From Microgenomates group bacterium ADurb.Bin219 (GTDB taxonomy: Bacteria; Patescibacteriota; Microgenomatia; UM-FILTER-40-11), in NCBI GenBank assembly GCA_002069945.1, contig MWCH01000002.1:15164-79163 (forward strand): 64,000 nucleotides of DNA, in the 5' to 3' direction. This document shows positions 1-9,298 of the stretch, in pieces (the stretch's first letter is position 1; each line of letters begins with the position of its first letter). Below the pieces are notes generated by a model, which saw nothing but the letters and a program-made list of their open reading frames with translations, did not search any database and had not been told where the DNA came from. The position numbers were made by a program, and so were the translations under genes.

Positions 1-1333
1 TTTCCTCCTCTTTAAATTTCACCCAAGTAAAACCCCTGCGGCCGGGATCGTAAGGAGCCGACCATTTTTTGACCACCACTCCCTCCAGTCCTTTTTGTTT
101 TTGCTCGTCATGGTAAGTTCGGAGAACGTCAACTTGGTCGGTCACAATTTGCGGTGAAATTAAAATCGTTCGGTTCTTGGGTGAAATTGTCTTTTCCAAA
201 ATCGTTCTTCTTTCGGACAGAGGTAACTTTAATAAATCCCTGCCGTCTTTAAACAAGACATCAAAAACATAATATCTCAAGGGAATTTTTTGGGCGGTCA
301 GAGAAACATCGTGTTTTCTTTTTCTTTTAATCGTTTCCTGAAAGGGTAAAAATTTGCCCGTTTTTAAGTCAAAACCGATCGCTTCTCCGTCCAGAATAAC
401 TTCCTGGGCATTAATTTCCTGCCAGGCGGCTTTGGCCAAATCGGGGAACATCGGGGTCGTATTTTCCAAATTTCGGGTAAAGGTTCGGATAAAACCTTCT
501 GTTTTAAAATCAAACAGCATTAAGGATTCTTTTTCCTTCTCAATTTTTTTTCGACTAAAGTGCATTTGCAAACGGGTTCCGTCGTATTTCGGCTCAACGG
601 CAACCTTACCCATTTTGGTAATCATCTCATCGGCCGTTGGCAGCCTTTGACACAAGCCGGACATCACCGGAACTCCCAGCCGAACCCTTAAATCTTTCAA
701 GCTATCAAGGCCCTTGACCTTAACCAATCGGACGATGTTGCCGATATCCGCCTGGACATTAAAAGCTTCTTCAATGATATTTCTTTGTGATTTGTCGCCC
801 TTCAACATCCAGGACAAAGCATCCAAAATCGTGAGATCGGAAAAACCCAAACGAAGACGACCCAAAGGAATGCGAACAACATATTTAACGCTCAACTTGT
901 CCAGAAAACCCAAAAGCTCGGCCATTTTTCTGACCTTTCTTTCAACCGAGCCAGATCCTCCTTCCTCGGCTATTGCCAATAACATCTCGTAAACTTGATT
1001 CACCGACAAATCCCGATTTTCCTTCCCCGAATTTAAGGTTTTTAATCTTTGGGCAACTTCACCCAAATCGCCAATCTTTTTATATTCCCTTTTAACTTCT
1101 TCCTCGCTAGCCTTAAAAGCCTGGCCGACCGCCCGAAAAAGCAGTTTTTCCGCCAAATTAAACTCCACGCCTTCGTAGAGAGGCGCCAATTGACCCAAAG
1201 AAAGATAGCAAATTTTATCTACTTCGTCCGCAGAGGCTTTTTTAAAAAGCTCTGCTAAAATTTCCGTAATCGCCAAACGCGAAGAAGTCGCTTCCAACCT
1301 GGCCAAATAGTCGGCAAAATTTGTAAATTTCAT
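1..1333 (-). CDS. ATP-dependent DNA ligase, N-terminal ~444 codons (C-terminus lies upstream of window start)
   Basis: Not in ORF track because it runs off the window edge. Manual minus-strand translation from ATG at 1333 stays open to position 1 and contains adenylation motif I 'EPKYDGTRLQMH' (KxDGxR) of ATP-dependent ligases. Confidence 0.7.
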   Translation of the reverse strand, partial: MKFTNFADYLARLEATSSRLAITEILAELFKKASADEVDKICYLSLGQLAPLYEGVEFNLAEKLLFRAVGQAFKASEEEVKREYKKIGDLGEVAQRLKTLNSGKENRDLSVNQVYEMLLAIAEEGGSGSVERKVRKMAELLGFLDKLSVKYVVRIPLGRLRLGFSDLTILDALSWMLKGDKSQRNIIEEAFNVQADIGNIVRLVKVKGLDSLKDLRVRLGVPVMSGLCQRLPTADEMITKMGKVAVEPKYDGTRLQMHFSRKKIEKEKESLMLFDFKTEGFIRTFTRNLENTTPMFPDLAKAAWQEINAQEVILDGEAIGFDLKTGKFLPFQETIKRKRKHDVSLTAQKIPLRYYVFDVLFKDGRDLLKLPLSERRTILEKTISPKNRTILISPQIVTDQVDVLRTYHDEQKQKGLEGVVVKKWSAPYDPGRRGFTWVKFKEEE

Positions 1334-1433
1334 CGTTATTTATTGAAACAAGAAATGCGAGGCGCGAAGCTAGATATTGAATTGAGAAGTGAGATTTTTC
1401 TCACTTTCAACTTCCAATTCAAACTTCTTACTT

Positions 1434-2561
1434 CTAACTTCTCACTTCCCGCTTAATCCTTAACAAATAAACGGCTTTCTTGGTTGATCCTTTCTTCTTC
1501 AAAATACCCTTTTTTACCAAATCCAGCAAGTCTCTAAGTAAAGTATCGTCGGAAACCATCGGTACAATTTGTTTAGCCTCAGTCATTTTGATTTCTCCAA
1601 ACTCGGCCAGATAATCCATTAATTTAAGCTGTCTTTCGCTTAAACTTACCTGCTTTCCGCCTAAAAGCTGTTTAATTTTTCCGTCAACGGAAAGGCTTTT
1701 AATAACCTCCTTTGCCTTGGAAAGTTCGGAGGCCAAAGCCAAAGAAAAAAATTCCAGCCAGCCGGTTAAATCGCGTTGAAATATCTGGGGATGAGTCTGA
1801 TCAACCTTCATCAACGCCTGATAATATTCCTCGTTGTGATTATCAAAATATTCTTCAAGAGAAAAAAGCTTGCGGGCATCATATCCTTTTACGGCCAAAA
1901 TCAGGTTAGCAAAACTTCTGGCCGTCCGACCGTTGCCTTCAATAAAAGGATGAATAGAATAAAGTAAGTACAAGCCGACTCCGGCAGCCAAGACCGGATG
2001 GATCTCGTCTGCCTTGTTTTTATTAAGCCATTCCAAAAACTCGTCAACATAATAAGGAATCTCAATTGCCGGCGGCGGCCGAAAAATAATTTCCCCGGTT
2101 AAGGAATTTTTTAAAACCACCTGGGCGGTCCGGTAAGCGCCGGCCTCGTTTTTGGCGATAATTTTCTCTACCACCAAAGAATGGATTTTTAACAATTGGC
2201 TCTCTTTGAAAATAAAGGCCGAATCTTTTTCCGCCAGCGCCACCACCTCGTCCAAATAATGCAAAACGTTCCGATAGTTCAAAACCTCCTGAATATCCCT
2301 CTCCCCGGCCGTAATCTTGCCGCCTTCAACCAACTTTTGCGTTTCGGCCAAAGAAAGATCGTTTCCGTCAAGACGGGTAGCATGATAAACCGTCCGAGCG
2401 GCTACTTCGCCTTTAAATTTTTTCTCGTAAGCCGGAATCAGAGGCGCATTTTCAATTATCTCCCGGCCGGCTTCAATTGCACCGATATTCCTTAGAATCT
2501 TGTTGGTAATTTCAAATCTGGGTAATAACATTACCGATATTTTACCACTTTTTGAAAACAA
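1434..2561 (-). CDS. Fic/DOC family protein (likely AMPylator-type)
   Basis: Canonical Fic active-site motif HPFIEGNGRTARSF (HPFx[DE]GNGRxxR) in a 375-aa ORF. Confidence 0.85.
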   Translation of the reverse strand: MFSKSGKISVMLLPRFEITNKILRNIGAIEAGREIIENAPLIPAYEKKFKGEVAARTVYHATRLDGNDLSLAETQKLVEGGKITAGERDIQEVLNYRNVLHYLDEVVALAEKDSAFIFKESQLLKIHSLVVEKIIAKNEAGAYRTAQVVLKNSLTGEIIFRPPPAIEIPYYVDEFLEWLNKNKADEIHPVLAAGVGLYLLYSIHPFIEGNGRTARSFANLILAVKGYDARKLFSLEEYFDNHNEEYYQALMKVDQTHPQIFQRDLTGWLEFFSLALASELSKAKEVIKSLSVDGKIKQLLGGKQVSLSERQLKLMDYLAEFGEIKMTEAKQIVPMVSDDTLLRDLLDLVKKGILKKKGSTKKAVYLLRIKREVRS

Positions 2562-2596
2562 TTACCGCAGATTTCCCTCATTTTTTCCGCTGCTTT

Positions 2597-3676
2597 TTAT
2601 TCAATGATTTTTGCTTCTCTGCGCCAGTCTTCTTTGATTTGGTTTTGGTCGGCCGTAGTTAAAAAAGTCTGCTGGTTGCCGACGGTCTGCCAAACCAATT
2701 CCCGATGCTTAAAATCCAGTTCGGAAAAAATATCATCCAATAAAAGCAATGGCCGCTCGCCGGTTTTACTTACAATAAAGGCCAATTCGGCCATTTTTAG
2801 CCATAAAACCGCCAACCGCTGCTCCCCCCTAGAACCGTAAGCGGAAAGAGCTTTACCCAAATCTTCTTTACCGGTCAAATCGCCCATTAAAATCTGCCAA
2901 TCGTCCCGGTGCGGGCCGACCAAAGTTGCCGCTGCCGCCACTTCCTCTTCTTTATATTGGTCCAAACGCGCTTCCGAAATAAGGCTTTGGTCATATTCCA
3001 TCTGAAACTGGCAACCAAAAGTCGGTAAACGATAGTTGTTAACCGCCTCAATAAATTCTCGCCTCTTTTGGCCAAGATAGCTGCCGTTTTTTAACAACAA
3101 CTGGTTCCAAAAATACAACTGGCTTCGGGGCGCTCCGGTTTCCCTAATCGCCTCCAAGACTTTATTTCTGGCCCGGAGGCCTTTTTCGTAAGAAAGCAGT
3201 GAACGGCCATATTCAAGATCAATCTGGCATAAAACCAAATCAAAGTATTTTCTTCGCCGGGCCGGCGAATTGGTAATCAGTTGAAGATCTTCGGGTCCAA
3301 AATAAACCGCTTTCAGTTTTCCAGAAAAATCCCCCTGCCTTTTATTGACTCCGTTAACCCGGCAGATTTTTTTGGCAGTTTTTTCCCCGTTGATTTCTCC
3401 TCTGGTTAAAATCAATTCCAACTCTTCTCCGCCGCTTATTTCTCCTTTAACTTTAGCCATCGGTTTTTCGTATCCGATCATTTCGCTTTCCAGATCGGCC
3501 CGAAAACTTCTGACGGTCGCCAAGAGATAAATTGCCTCCAGCAGGTTTGTCTTTCCGGAAGCGTTTGGTCCGATAACCAGATTTATTTTTTCCGAAAAAG
3601 CAAACTCTTTTTTTGAATAGTTCCGGAAATCCTGAAGATGAAGATGCTTTATTATCATATCTGGCAGTTTTCGCAA
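2597..3676 (-). CDS. recF: DNA replication/repair protein RecF
   Basis: N-terminal Walker A GPNASGKTNLLEAIYLL and C-terminal LLLLDDIFSELD signature, ~360 aa. Confidence 0.85.
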   Translation of the reverse strand: MRKLPDMIIKHLHLQDFRNYSKKEFAFSEKINLVIGPNASGKTNLLEAIYLLATVRSFRADLESEMIGYEKPMAKVKGEISGGEELELILTRGEINGEKTAKKICRVNGVNKRQGDFSGKLKAVYFGPEDLQLITNSPARRRKYFDLVLCQIDLEYGRSLLSYEKGLRARNKVLEAIRETGAPRSQLYFWNQLLLKNGSYLGQKRREFIEAVNNYRLPTFGCQFQMEYDQSLISEARLDQYKEEEVAAAATLVGPHRDDWQILMGDLTGKEDLGKALSAYGSRGEQRLAVLWLKMAELAFIVSKTGERPLLLLDDIFSELDFKHRELVWQTVGNQQTFLTTADQNQIKEDWRREAKIIE

Positions 3677-4572
3677 TAAAAAGTTCCTCTTCCACCAACG
3701 GCGATTCTTTTAATTAATCCGCCGCATTGGGGACATTCTTTTCCCTTGCGGCCATAGACTTGCAAAAATTTTTGAAAATTTCCTTTTTCGCCACTGATCT
3801 GCCGATAAGCTTCATCCCTATCCGAAGTCCCTTTATTTTTAATCGCCTCTTTCAATATTCTCAATATCGAATATCTTAATTTCCGAACTTCCTCATCTTC
3901 CAACGAACTCGCCGGCCTGGTAGGCCTAATTCCCGCTTCAAATAAGGCCTCATTTGCGTAAATATTACCAACCCCCGCTAGTTTCTCTTGATCCATAACC
4001 ACCAACTTGATCGGTTTTTTCGACTTGGACAAAACAGTCCTAAAATAATCCAAAGTGAAAGTTTTTTCGTCGTTTGCCTCGGGTCCCAATCTTTCTAAAC
4101 CCAAAGCTTCATCCAATTTTCCGCCCGTTTCCAACTTTTCCCCTTTAACTTTTAATCTTGAATCTATAATTTTTATCCATCCAAACTTTCTTAAATCGTT
4201 AAAATACAATTTGCTGCCGTCATCAAAACCAATAATCACGGTCGTGAATTTATTCGGGAGTTCGCAAACGGCAAAAGGTCCGTCCTTCTGATTACAAAAT
4301 TCCCCCGATTCTGGACTTTCAATCTTTAACTTTTTTCTGAAGATAAGTTGACCGGTCAATTTAAGATGAATTGCCAAGTATTTTGTTGAGGATAATTTAA
4401 GAAGAATAATTTTTGCCCGGCGTGACACCTCCTCAACTCTCAAACCGATAGCTTCATTGGTCAAACCAAGAAAATTTTTGCGGTTAAGAACTTCAATCTG
4501 GGTAATTTTTAGGCCTTTTAGGGCCTGATTCAATTGTTGGGCTATTGTTTCAACTTCAGGAAGCTCCGGCAT
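3655..4572 (-). CDS. mutM: Formamidopyrimidine-DNA glycosylase (Fpg/MutM)
   Basis: N-terminal MPELPEVE, C-terminal zinc finger CPQCGG...CENC; 22-nt overlap with recF suggests co-transcription. Confidence 0.85.
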   Translation of the reverse strand: MPELPEVETIAQQLNQALKGLKITQIEVLNRKNFLGLTNEAIGLRVEEVSRRAKIILLKLSSTKYLAIHLKLTGQLIFRKKLKIESPESGEFCNQKDGPFAVCELPNKFTTVIIGFDDGSKLYFNDLRKFGWIKIIDSRLKVKGEKLETGGKLDEALGLERLGPEANDEKTFTLDYFRTVLSKSKKPIKLVVMDQEKLAGVGNIYANEALFEAGIRPTRPASSLEDEEVRKLRYSILRILKEAIKNKGTSDRDEAYRQISGEKGNFQKFLQVYGRKGKECPQCGGLIKRIAVGGRGTFYCENCQI

Positions 4573-4663
4573 TATTCCTCCTTTATCGGCCCTTGCCCTT
4601 CCGGAACCCTGAGCTTGTCGAAGGACAAAGAAGGGTTTATTTCGGGCAATCCCGGCATTTTTG

Positions 4664-5182
4664 TCAGATGTTTTTCAAAGAAATGAGGCTTTTTTTATTC
4701 CAGTCGTCAATCTTTTTCAACATCAGATAATCGCTGTTGCCAAAATAGCCGCCGGCCATAAAGCCATATTCACGGAAACCGAATTTTTTATAAAATTTAA
4801 GATTCCGGCGAGCACAGCTTAGGGTTAGCATATGACCTTTATTGGCCTTAATCCATCTTTCCCAATAAGATAATAGTTTTCGGCCGACTCCCTGCCGGCG
4901 GTATTCTTTGATCACGATCAGCCAATCGCAATTACTGACTCCGCCGATAATCTTTTGCGCCACCAGCATGCCGAGAACCGTTCCTTGTTCGTTTTTGGCG
5001 ACGAAAATATATTCCTCGCCTTGTTTAATCCAACGAAACAAATTACTCCGGCGATGTCTTTTAATCTGGAAAGAGGCCACTTCGGGAGAATATTCCTTAA
5101 AATCTTCACTGATCGCTTTTTTAAAGATAGCGTAAAAAGCCGCTAAATCGCGTTTTTTTAATTTTTCAATTTTGATTTTCAT
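4664..5182 (-). CDS. GNAT family N-acetyltransferase
   Basis: Acetyl-CoA binding motif region RRQGVGRKLL; paralogous to the ORF at 34814..35320. Confidence 0.65.
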   Translation of the reverse strand: MKIKIEKLKKRDLAAFYAIFKKAISEDFKEYSPEVASFQIKRHRRSNLFRWIKQGEEYIFVAKNEQGTVLGMLVAQKIIGGVSNCDWLIVIKEYRRQGVGRKLLSYWERWIKANKGHMLTLSCARRNLKFYKKFGFREYGFMAGGYFGNSDYLMLKKIDDWNKKSLISLKNI

Positions 5183-5229
5183 CGGAACATCCCCTTATGG
5201 CAGAAATCTTTAACAAGAAGACAACCTCA

Positions 5230-6357
5230 TTATAGCAATTTTTTGAGCGGAAATGAAGTAGCCAGACGAATCTCTTTTAAAAACCGCTCGGAGCCGAATT
5301 TGCTTGCCCGAGAAAGGCAATCTTTTGGTCGGAAACCGGCTTTGGCTTCAATCTTCTCAAACCTTTTAATTGCTTCCTTCAACGAATCGACCGACGGCCG
5401 ATCAAAGAAGATCCCGGTTTTGTTTTCCACTACGGTTTCTCTAACCCCGCCCTGTCTTAGGGCAATCACCGGCTTGCCGGCGGCCATTGCCTCCACCGGC
5501 GCAATACCAAAATCCTCTTCCTCGGCCGGAAAAAGATAAGCACGGCAATTGGCTAAAAGTTCGGCCTTTTGTTCCTCGGTAACTTCACCCAAAAATTGAA
5601 CCAAGGGCCCGGCCATTTGTCTTAACTCTTTTTCGTAACCGGCAAAAGCTCGGCCAAAAATCTTAAGCGGGATATTTAATTCGCTGCAGGCCTTAATCGC
5701 CAGATCGATTCTCTTTGCCCTGGCCAGCCTTCCCCCTGCCAGAAAATAGCGGCCGGCGTCCGACTGGGAAAATCCAAGTTTTACCGGAAGTTCAACCGGC
5801 GGATAAATTACCCTTGCTTCCCGACGATAAAACTTTTTAATCCTAGCCGCTGTATTTTGCGAATTGGCAATAAAATAATCGGTTTTTTGAGCCGAGAGAA
5901 AATCAATCCGCTTTAAAAAACGATTGATAATTTTTGCCGGAAAACGAATCCACCAATGCTTCTGCCAATTTCTTGACGTCGGCAAGCCGTAAAGATATCT
6001 TGGCGGTGTATGACAATAGCAGAAGTGAGTCCCTTTTTTCGTTTTAACCAAATTGGGATTATAAGCGCCGGTAGCCGAAACCATCACTAAATCATAATCG
6101 CTTAAATCCAACCGACTGAAGAGGAGCGGTGCTAAAATCCTCAAAGGACTGATTAATTTTGCCAAAAAAGGAAATTTTGCAGAAATAATCGGTTTTACCG
6201 ACCAGGAAGAAAGCCTTTGTCGGTGAGGACCTAAAAAATCCGGCAAATAAACCAAGGTAAAAATAGGCGCTTCCGGCCAAAGCCGATGAAATTGTTCCAA
6301 TACCCGCTCCGCCCCGCCGTATTCCTTTAAATAATCATGAACTAAGGCAACTTTCAT
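5230..6357 (-). CDS. Glycosyltransferase family 4 (GT-B fold)
   Basis: C-terminal GT4 signature EDFGIAPVEAMAAGKPVIA. Confidence 0.75.
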   Translation of the reverse strand: MKVALVHDYLKEYGGAERVLEQFHRLWPEAPIFTLVYLPDFLGPHRQRLSSWSVKPIISAKFPFLAKLISPLRILAPLLFSRLDLSDYDLVMVSATGAYNPNLVKTKKGTHFCYCHTPPRYLYGLPTSRNWQKHWWIRFPAKIINRFLKRIDFLSAQKTDYFIANSQNTAARIKKFYRREARVIYPPVELPVKLGFSQSDAGRYFLAGGRLARAKRIDLAIKACSELNIPLKIFGRAFAGYEKELRQMAGPLVQFLGEVTEEQKAELLANCRAYLFPAEEEDFGIAPVEAMAAGKPVIALRQGGVRETVVENKTGIFFDRPSVDSLKEAIKRFEKIEAKAGFRPKDCLSRASKFGSERFLKEIRLATSFPLKKLL

Positions 6358-6365
6358 TCTTGTTG

Positions 6366-7352
6366 TTAAAATAACCTTTCCTGCCCACTTTCCTCGGGAG
6401 TTTTTTTCTTTTTTCTTTCTTTTTTTTTCTCTTCCCTGCCGGCAATTCTGGAAATCAAAGACTTAAATCCAAGTTCTCTCAAACATTCAATCGCTTCCGG
6501 CCGGTTAAAATCCTTAAGTACAGCTTCTTCTAATTTTAAGTCAACCGGAGCCTCCGTTACCACCGTCGCCAATTTTTGCGACAAAAAAGCGCTTTCCTTG
6601 CCGTCTGCTAATTTTTTGGCCAAAACGGGAGAACTGATCGCTGGCAATGAATGGTAAATATTGGCCAATGTTTTAAATTTTTGCAAAAGATCAATTGCTC
6701 CCTTGGGACCGATGCCCGGAACTCCGGGATAATTGTCGGAAGGATCGCCGACTAAAGCCTTATAATCAACAATTTGCTCCGGTTTAATGCCCATTTTTTC
6801 AAACACTTCTTTTTCGCCAAAAATCTGGGCTTCGGATAAGCCCTTAACCGGCATAAAAAGTTTGACCTTCTCGTTCACCAGTTGGAAAAGATCTTTGTCC
6901 CCGGTAACGATAACAACCTCCAAATTTAAGTTTTGATTTTTTGTTTCCCGATCGGATTTACCCTCGTTACCTTGTCGGAGGGCTTGCTTGACCAAGGTTC
7001 CGATAATGTCATCTGCTTCAAAACCAGGAGCCTCGTAAGAAGGAATTCCCAAAGCTTTTACCAAAAAATGAACTTTTTCCACTTGGGAGAAAAGCTCTTG
7101 GTCTGTTTCCGGCCTTTGCGATTGATAACCGATAAACAAATCGTGGCGAAAGGTCGTTTCCGGCGTATCAAAAGCAGCCGCCAAATACTTCGGCTGTAAA
7201 TCGGCCACAACCTTAAGCAAAATTGAGCAATAGCCGTAAACCGCGTTGGTCAATTCCCCGGAACGATTGGTTAAGGGCGGCAAGGCGTGATAGGCCCGAT
7301 GTAAAATCGCATAGCTATCAATTAAAATTAATTTATCCGTCATTGAAGCCAT
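6366..7352 (-). CDS. 5'-3' exonuclease / flap endonuclease (Pol I N-terminal domain-like)
   Basis: N-terminal LILIDSYAILHRAYHA and acidic metal-binding clusters; Lys-rich C-terminal tail. Confidence 0.8.
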   Translation of the reverse strand: MASMTDKLILIDSYAILHRAYHALPPLTNRSGELTNAVYGYCSILLKVVADLQPKYLAAAFDTPETTFRHDLFIGYQSQRPETDQELFSQVEKVHFLVKALGIPSYEAPGFEADDIIGTLVKQALRQGNEGKSDRETKNQNLNLEVVIVTGDKDLFQLVNEKVKLFMPVKGLSEAQIFGEKEVFEKMGIKPEQIVDYKALVGDPSDNYPGVPGIGPKGAIDLLQKFKTLANIYHSLPAISSPVLAKKLADGKESAFLSQKLATVVTEAPVDLKLEEAVLKDFNRPEAIECLRELGFKSLISRIAGREEKKKERKKKKTPEESGQERLF

Positions 7353-7378
7353 TTTACCACGAAGAAAAAACCGGAAGA

Positions 7379-9244
7379 TTATTTCATCAATTTGGCAAAT
7401 TCGTCACCTTCAATCGTTTCTTTCACTAGAAGAGTTTTGGCAATCAAATCAAGTTTAGGCCGATTTTTAGCAATAATTTCTTCCGCTTTTTTATAGCCGT
7501 TGTTAATAATCGCCTTGATCGTCTCGTCAACCTTGCCTTGCATTTGGGGAGAAATCTGGGTTGATTCGTACCAAATCCTGCCCATGTCGGAAACGTCGCT
7601 CTGGGGACCGAGATTAACCGGACCCAATTCACTCATCCCAAATTCAACCACCATGGCCCGGGCAATCCGCGTTGCCTGGCTGATGTCATTGGCCGCCCCG
7701 GTCGTCATTTCCTTAAAAACAATTTCTTCGGCTACCCGGCCGCCCAGCATCACCTGTATTTGCTCAACAAGATGGGTTTTGCTTTCATGGGAGCGGTCTT
7801 TTGCCGGCGGAATTAAAGTATGGCCCAAACTCATTCCCCGGGCGACAATGGAAATCCGGTGAACCGGATCCATCTGAGAAGAAAAATAATTAACCAGAGC
7901 GTGTCCCGCTTCGTGATAAGCGGTTAACTTCTTATCTTCTTCCGACTGAAAACGCTTTCTTTCCGGTCCCAGCTTAACCTTGACGGCCGCTTCTTCGATG
8001 TCTGCTGTCTCAATCGCTTTTTTGTTCCCCCGGGCAGCCAAAATCGCCGCTTCGTTCAACATATTTTCCAAATCCGCGCCGGAAAAGCCAACGGTTCTCT
8101 TGGCTATTTTTTCCCAATCGATCTTTTTAAAAAAAGGCTTCCCTCGAGCATGGATGGCCAAAATCGCCTTCCTTCCTTCAATGTCCGGCATATCCAAAAC
8201 CACACGACGATCAAAACGGCCGGGCCGCAAAAGCGCCGGATCCAAAAGATCGCCCCGGTTAGTGGCCGCGACGACAATAACATTATCGTTGGGCGTAAAA
8301 CCGTCCATTTCCACCAAAATCTGGTTCAGGGTTTGTTCTCTTTCGTCATGACCGCCAGCAATACCAAAACCCCGTTGGCGACCAATAGCATCGATTTCGT
8401 CAATAAAGATAATCGCCGGAGCCGCTTTTTTAGCTGTCCCAAAAAGATCCCTTACCCGGCTGGCGCCGACACCAACCAACATTTCCATAAACTCGGATCC
8501 GGCCATGGAAAAAAACGGCACCCCCGCTTCTCCGGCAACTGCCCGCGCCAAAAGAGTTTTACCGACACCGGACGGGCCAACCAACAAAACACCCTTTGGT
8601 GTCCTGGCTCCCAATAACCGATATTTTTGAGGGTGTTTTAAAAAATCAACCACTTCCTGAAGCTCTTTCTTGGCCTCGTCCACTCCGGCAACATCCTTAA
8701 AAGTGATTCTTTGTTTTCCTTTGGCAAACAACCTGGCTCGCGATTGACCGAAAGAAAAGATTGACTCCTGGGCTCCGCGAGCTTGCTTGATAATGAAATA
8801 AAAGAAAACCGCCATTAGAATTAGGGGCAAGACCGTTCCCAAAATATCGGCCCAAGCTCTAGACATGGTCTGATCGGCCACCTTTATCTTGACGCTTTTC
8901 GGATCAATTCCGACCGCCTCCAGAGTTTTGACCAAACTGTCGGCCGATTCTTTACGGGAGGTAAAAATTTTTTCGTCCGTATAAGTCAAGGCCAACTTGT
9001 CCCCTTCTACGTAAATTTCCTTGACTTTTCCGTCTCTAACGTCCTGAAGCGCGGTAGAAAGGTCAATTTCTTCTCCGACCAAGGTCGGACCGGCCAAAGA
9101 ACTCAAAAAAGACAACCCAAAAAAGAGAAGCAAAATCCAAATCAAAATTTTTCTGAAATTGAGATTGAATTTCAACTCAAAACGGCGAATTAATTTTTTT
9201 TCTTTATTGTTCCGGCCGTTGCCGTTCTTGGTGTCGTTGTTCAT
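7379..9244 (-). CDS. ftsH: ATP-dependent zinc metalloprotease FtsH
   Basis: N-terminal TM segments, AAA Walker A GPSGVGKT, second region of homology, HEAGHAL zinc site. Confidence 0.9.
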   Translation of the reverse strand: MNNDTKNGNGRNNKEKKLIRRFELKFNLNFRKILIWILLLFFGLSFLSSLAGPTLVGEEIDLSTALQDVRDGKVKEIYVEGDKLALTYTDEKIFTSRKESADSLVKTLEAVGIDPKSVKIKVADQTMSRAWADILGTVLPLILMAVFFYFIIKQARGAQESIFSFGQSRARLFAKGKQRITFKDVAGVDEAKKELQEVVDFLKHPQKYRLLGARTPKGVLLVGPSGVGKTLLARAVAGEAGVPFFSMAGSEFMEMLVGVGASRVRDLFGTAKKAAPAIIFIDEIDAIGRQRGFGIAGGHDEREQTLNQILVEMDGFTPNDNVIVVAATNRGDLLDPALLRPGRFDRRVVLDMPDIEGRKAILAIHARGKPFFKKIDWEKIAKRTVGFSGADLENMLNEAAILAARGNKKAIETADIEEAAVKVKLGPERKRFQSEEDKKLTAYHEAGHALVNYFSSQMDPVHRISIVARGMSLGHTLIPPAKDRSHESKTHLVEQIQVMLGGRVAEEIVFKEMTTGAANDISQATRIARAMVVEFGMSELGPVNLGPQSDVSDMGRIWYESTQISPQMQGKVDETIKAIINNGYKKAEEIIAKNRPKLDLIAKTLLVKETIEGDEFAKLMK

Positions 9245-9298
9245 CGCGAAAAAATTATACCTTTTTTTCTCTTTCCCGGCAATCCCTAAAACTATGGC

